A stretch of DNA of 63,998 nt, the filler included, from Choristocarpus tenellus KU-1152 (taxonomy: Eukaryota; Protista; Phaeophyceae): assembly GCA_964200185.2 (NCBI GenBank). It is 12 parts of 12 records of this genome, joined end to end, with 100 filler letters (N's around TTAATTAATTAA, not from the genome) between each part and the next. Parts side by side here need not be neighbours in the genome. Positions count along the whole stretch, not along the records: positions 56,990 to 61,289 come from CAXNAD020015223.1; positions 61,390 to 63,998 come from CAXNAD020026308.1; 10 more parts are not named here. One strand, given 5' to 3'. Under the pieces are notes generated by a model that worked only from the letters and a program-made list of their open reading frames with translations, was not told the DNA's origin and made no database searches. The translations under genes and the position numbers were made by a program. Shown here in pieces: positions 60,400-63,998 of the stretch. Each line of letters opens with the position of its first letter. Within the stretch, counting starts at the first letter, position 1.

Positions 60400-61115
60400 A
60401 TCAAGTGCAGAAACAACCTAACAGACAATACGCTCTACAGGCACACACTGTAGTAGAGTGCTCCAAAAAAAATTGTGCCAGCAGGATGTCATAGGAGGCC
60501 CTCGTCGAAAACTGAGCAGTACCCCCTCTCAGTTCACCTCGACTCAAAACGTAACCGCCACTATCATGTAACCGTGAAAAAAGTAAAAAATAAAAAAATT
60601 ACCGTACGCAACTGAAAATAATAATAATAAAAATAATAATCACATCACACATGGCGTAATCGCATTGAAAGGTTGCTTGTACAACAATACATCCAAAAAA
60701 TACCCTTACATGGTAGGAGACAAGGCTGAGGAACTCTGTCATGGCAGTCCAGCGGCTAACCCCTTCACCATCACGGTCGTTCTCCACATCTACCAGGAGC
60801 TCCTCAATAGACCCCTCTCCCTCCCCCGCCCCTGGCCTGCTAGCGGACGGTTCCGATCTCCTCTGAGAAAGCACAAGCTGCGATTCGTTGTGCCGTTGCC
60901 GTTGTTAATGGCGACAAAGATGACAGCGTTAACAGTGAAAATAATAAAAACAGTACTAATAATAATAATAATAATAATAGGAAAAAAAAAGAGAAAGATA
61001 AGGGACAGAGAGAACCAGATTTTTTTTTAATTATCATGCATAGCGGCAGTACATTTCAAACGTCAGAGTTTCGTACGTCCACATCCATCAACATCAACCA
61101 GCAAGAACGTCCTGC
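60400..61115 (-). CDS. Partial multi-exon gene, possibly EF-hand (calcineurin B/CIB-like). Best exon 60710-60862
   Basis: cag|RRSEPS...IEELLVDVENDRDGEGVSRWTAMTEFLSLVSYH|gtaagg, then cag|FSTRASYDILL from 60511; an upstream TFLLVDVDGCG segment. The EF loops are non-canonical. Confidence 0.4.
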
Positions 61116-61216
61116 GCACTGGCGGTCACAATAATAAAGTGAGGCCATCCATCGAATCCAAGATTCAACTATCCCAAGATTGGATCGTCATGAGGCCTTT
61201 CGAGGATCTCCAAAGC

Positions 61217-61279
<63 letters not shown>

Positions 61280-61389
61280 CGCGAACCCCNNNNNNNNNNN
61301 NNNNNNNNNNNNNNNNNNNNNNNNNNNNNNNNNTTAATTAATTAANNNNNNNNNNNNNNNNNNNNNNNNNNNNNNNNNNNNNNNNNNNN

Positions 61390-63998
61390 GGCACCCGAGA
61401 TGGTTATCAGTGCCTGCGAGAGGGCCCCCCCCCCCCCTTGTCTTGTACATTATAAGCAGGGGATGATCTTCCACAATCAAGCCCACCTTCGACGCCATAA
61501 GAACCCCTGAATGAAGAGAAGGTGGGAGCGAGCGCGTGGGTCTGGAATGCGTCAAACTTGACAGTGACAGCACACAAGTACGGCATCGTTGGGCTTCATG
61601 AAATCGCTTACCACTAACATGATAATAGTACAACGAGTGTGGAATGCAAGCCAAAAATAACAAATGCAAAAATGCAAACAATAGGAAATTCTGTAATAGA
61701 AGGAAAGACGGCAAAAAAAAAGTAGTGAAGACAAGTAACACCAGCATGCGATTCGTGGACAATCAAACAAAGAACTACTAACGACCCGGGGGGAAAGAGC
61801 AAAATACACAAAAGGAAATACAAGGTACAAAGAAGATGAAACAACATGGGGAAAGCGAAAAAGAAAGACACACGACAGAATCCGCATCTCCTGAACGGCC
61901 GCCACCGTTTCCGATGGACACACGGGCGGACTGATAACGGCCATGGCGGATTGCAATAGTCTCCCGCAATACACCCCGTATTTCAGCGCTGGCGAACTCT
62001 GCAACTCACCGTGTAGGCGGTCTGATTGCACGGCCCACGGGTGAGGCACAAATAGCGCGATGGTGCCCTGAGGATGTATCCTCAACTGCAAGCACTTCAT
62101 CACCTGGCGCAAGTGGGTGTTGGTCGCCTCTTTGTCCTTGAGGAGTCTTGGCTCGGGGACGATGGACACTATGGCGAGCTTTGGCGCGTTGCGGAAGGCG
62201 AACTCTTTCAGGCCGCCTAAGGGTAGCGTCAGGTTGAGAGGGCGAAGGTCGTGTAGTGCAGTGTTCTCAGCCCTGGTTGGACATCATGACACATGACACA
62301 GTAAACAGACAGCACGACAAGAAGGACAGCATCGTAAACAATGGTGCAGTCAATCGTATCATTAATTGAGGTCCTGACAATATTTCCCCGGCATTCCCAA
62401 AATGTTAAGCCGTACCCTCCACAACGCCAGACCCATCAGATACATCTCGTGGAAGGAGGGGAGAGGTCAAACAGGTAAGTTCCATGGCCCATGGAAATCT
62501 CCAAAAAAATGCCATACCGAACACACAAAGGACGAGCAATCCACATGATGTACAACCAGCCATGACCCACGTGCAAACCAACGCGAAACCGAACACCCAG
62601 AGACGACTTGTATGTCCGTATAATGTGCAACCACGCCGAGACCCACAGGCACTTCTCCATGTCCGCCGTTTCGCTGCGTGAGGGGGGACGTAAAAGGCTT
62701 TGCCGGCTGGGTGACCCGCCCGTGCTCCTTGCGTTACGTTTACCCTTATCCTTGCCCCTGCCCCGACCCGCCGCTTCGTTCCCCATCGGTCCAGTCCCTT
62801 CACTGCCCTCCTGTGCCACGGGGCAATTGATACACATCGATCCTTGTGCCTCTTGTCGCCCACAATCTCCACGTTCGTACATTCGCCCATATGCGTGATG
62901 GAGCACTTTGGGCAGGAATACTTATCGCATGTGGCATCGAACGAGAGCGTCAAACAGATAGAACAGCATTTTTCCAAATCATTAATTGGGCGCAACAACG
63001 CAACACGAGGATCCACGGCTACAAAGGACCACGAAATTGGCGGCACAAAACAATACGAAGAGACATGCACTAACACACTTGGGCTGTGGCAAACAAAGAG
63101 ACCTGGTGATAGCGACTGCAGCGCCACACACAGAGGGACCCCGCAAGATCCACCAGTATGGTGGCGTGCACTACTGAAGCAAGACAACCTAGTTAGTCGT
63201 TCGGGGGATTAGATGAAAACCAATCTTACTCCTTTAATTACCCACCATCCGCGTGTGCACCATTGCAACTACATTACTCACCGAGACGTAGGTGGAGGAT
63301 TGCATTCAGTACAGCAAACGCCCGCATTCCACCCTCCATGGCCGTATTGTTCTTTTTCCGCACCAGGAACACTGCCGACAGCACCCCCCTCGCCCGTATC
63401 CTCCCTGCCTGGCAGTCCGTCGCCTCCCTCGTCTTCGTCCCCTCTTTTATGTTCGTACCCTCCCTCGTCTTCTTTCTCACCAACATCTGATGCCGATCCG
63501 TTGTTGCTCTCGAAGTCGGCGCCGCCACCATCACCGCCCCGCCTGCTGTGAACCTTGTGGAGGTTGACCTGGTTGAGGACATCCTGGTATTTCCCATCCC
63601 AGGTGGTGAGGTAAGCGTGTAGAATCGAGTCCTTCTCGAGAATCTGGTGGTGGACATGGCGGAGAACGTTGTTGAGGAGAGGAGAGGACGATGATGACGT
63701 AAAAAATGGGAGAATGTAATGGAAGAACGATAGCATGTCAATCAAACAGAGCAAACGATACGGTTGACATGGTGAGCGCGTCAAATGGAGGCGGCTTGTG
63801 GGGCGAAATAGTTTGAAGGAAGTCCATGTTGAGGACGCCAGCCCGTCTGTAGGTTACGACAGTGCCACGTGTTGGAGGCGAAAACGAGGTGCAGATTGAC
63901 CAAGATCTTGCTCAGAGTTGAAGTCAACGGTTGGCTATTTCCGCTATCAGCAATGAAAGCCGAGATCTGACAAAACAGCATCGTTGTTGTAGGGAAGG
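61390..63998 (-). mobile_element. Spliced gene resembling a Plavaka/CMC (Tnp2-like) transposase. Exons include 62010-62272 and 61390-61506
   Basis: AENTALHDLRPLNLTLPLGGLKEFAFRNAPKLAIVSIVPEPR...HLRQVMKCL...|GVLMASKVGLIVEDHP resembles the P.yLTlgnl...R....v..iP...H..l......v.D.P pattern. Upstream lie CxxC motifs and an acidic tract. Confidence 0.35.

Noticed and set aside
1-63998. tRNA or rRNA genes, operons or prokaryotic defence systems
   Set aside because: None were recognised by eye, and gene structure is spliceosomal throughout. A covariance-model scan would be needed to exclude small RNAs.

Overview
This is not one locus and is not prokaryotic. It is 12 short eukaryotic contigs joined by an artificial 100-nt linker (44 N + TTAATTAATTAA + 44 N, stops in all six frames), so most ORFs in the supplied track are spurious or are single exons. 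Short GT-AG exons in long introns, TTAGGG-type interstitial repeats and the style of the transposons and proteins suggest a brown alga (Phaeophyceae); this is inference and cannot be verified from the window. Recognisable host genes, all partial: an Spg1/Tem1 GTPase, a WDR5-like WD40 gene head-to-head with a thioredoxin/glutathione reductase-family gene, a TRP-type channel, a Pro/Thr-linker protein with a Cys-rich C-terminal domain, and several unassigned genes, plus one apparently complete intronless 565-aa membrane protein ORF. Mobile DNA dominates: a decayed Ty3/gypsy element, four heavily eroded Ty1/copia relics, CRE- and RTE-type LINE 3' fragments, a Tc1/mariner fragment, a possible intron-containing Plavaka/CMC-like transposase, and several MITE families. 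The most unusual recurring theme is telomeric repeats tied to mobile DNA: inside MITE terminal inverted repeats, inside a MITE spacer, capping a LINE 5' truncation, and as head-to-head mini-units. Other notable signals are MITEs that appear to insert into their own central palindrome, and a decayed ORF built from inverted copies of itself. All protein assignments come from motif recognition by eye; no database search was run.
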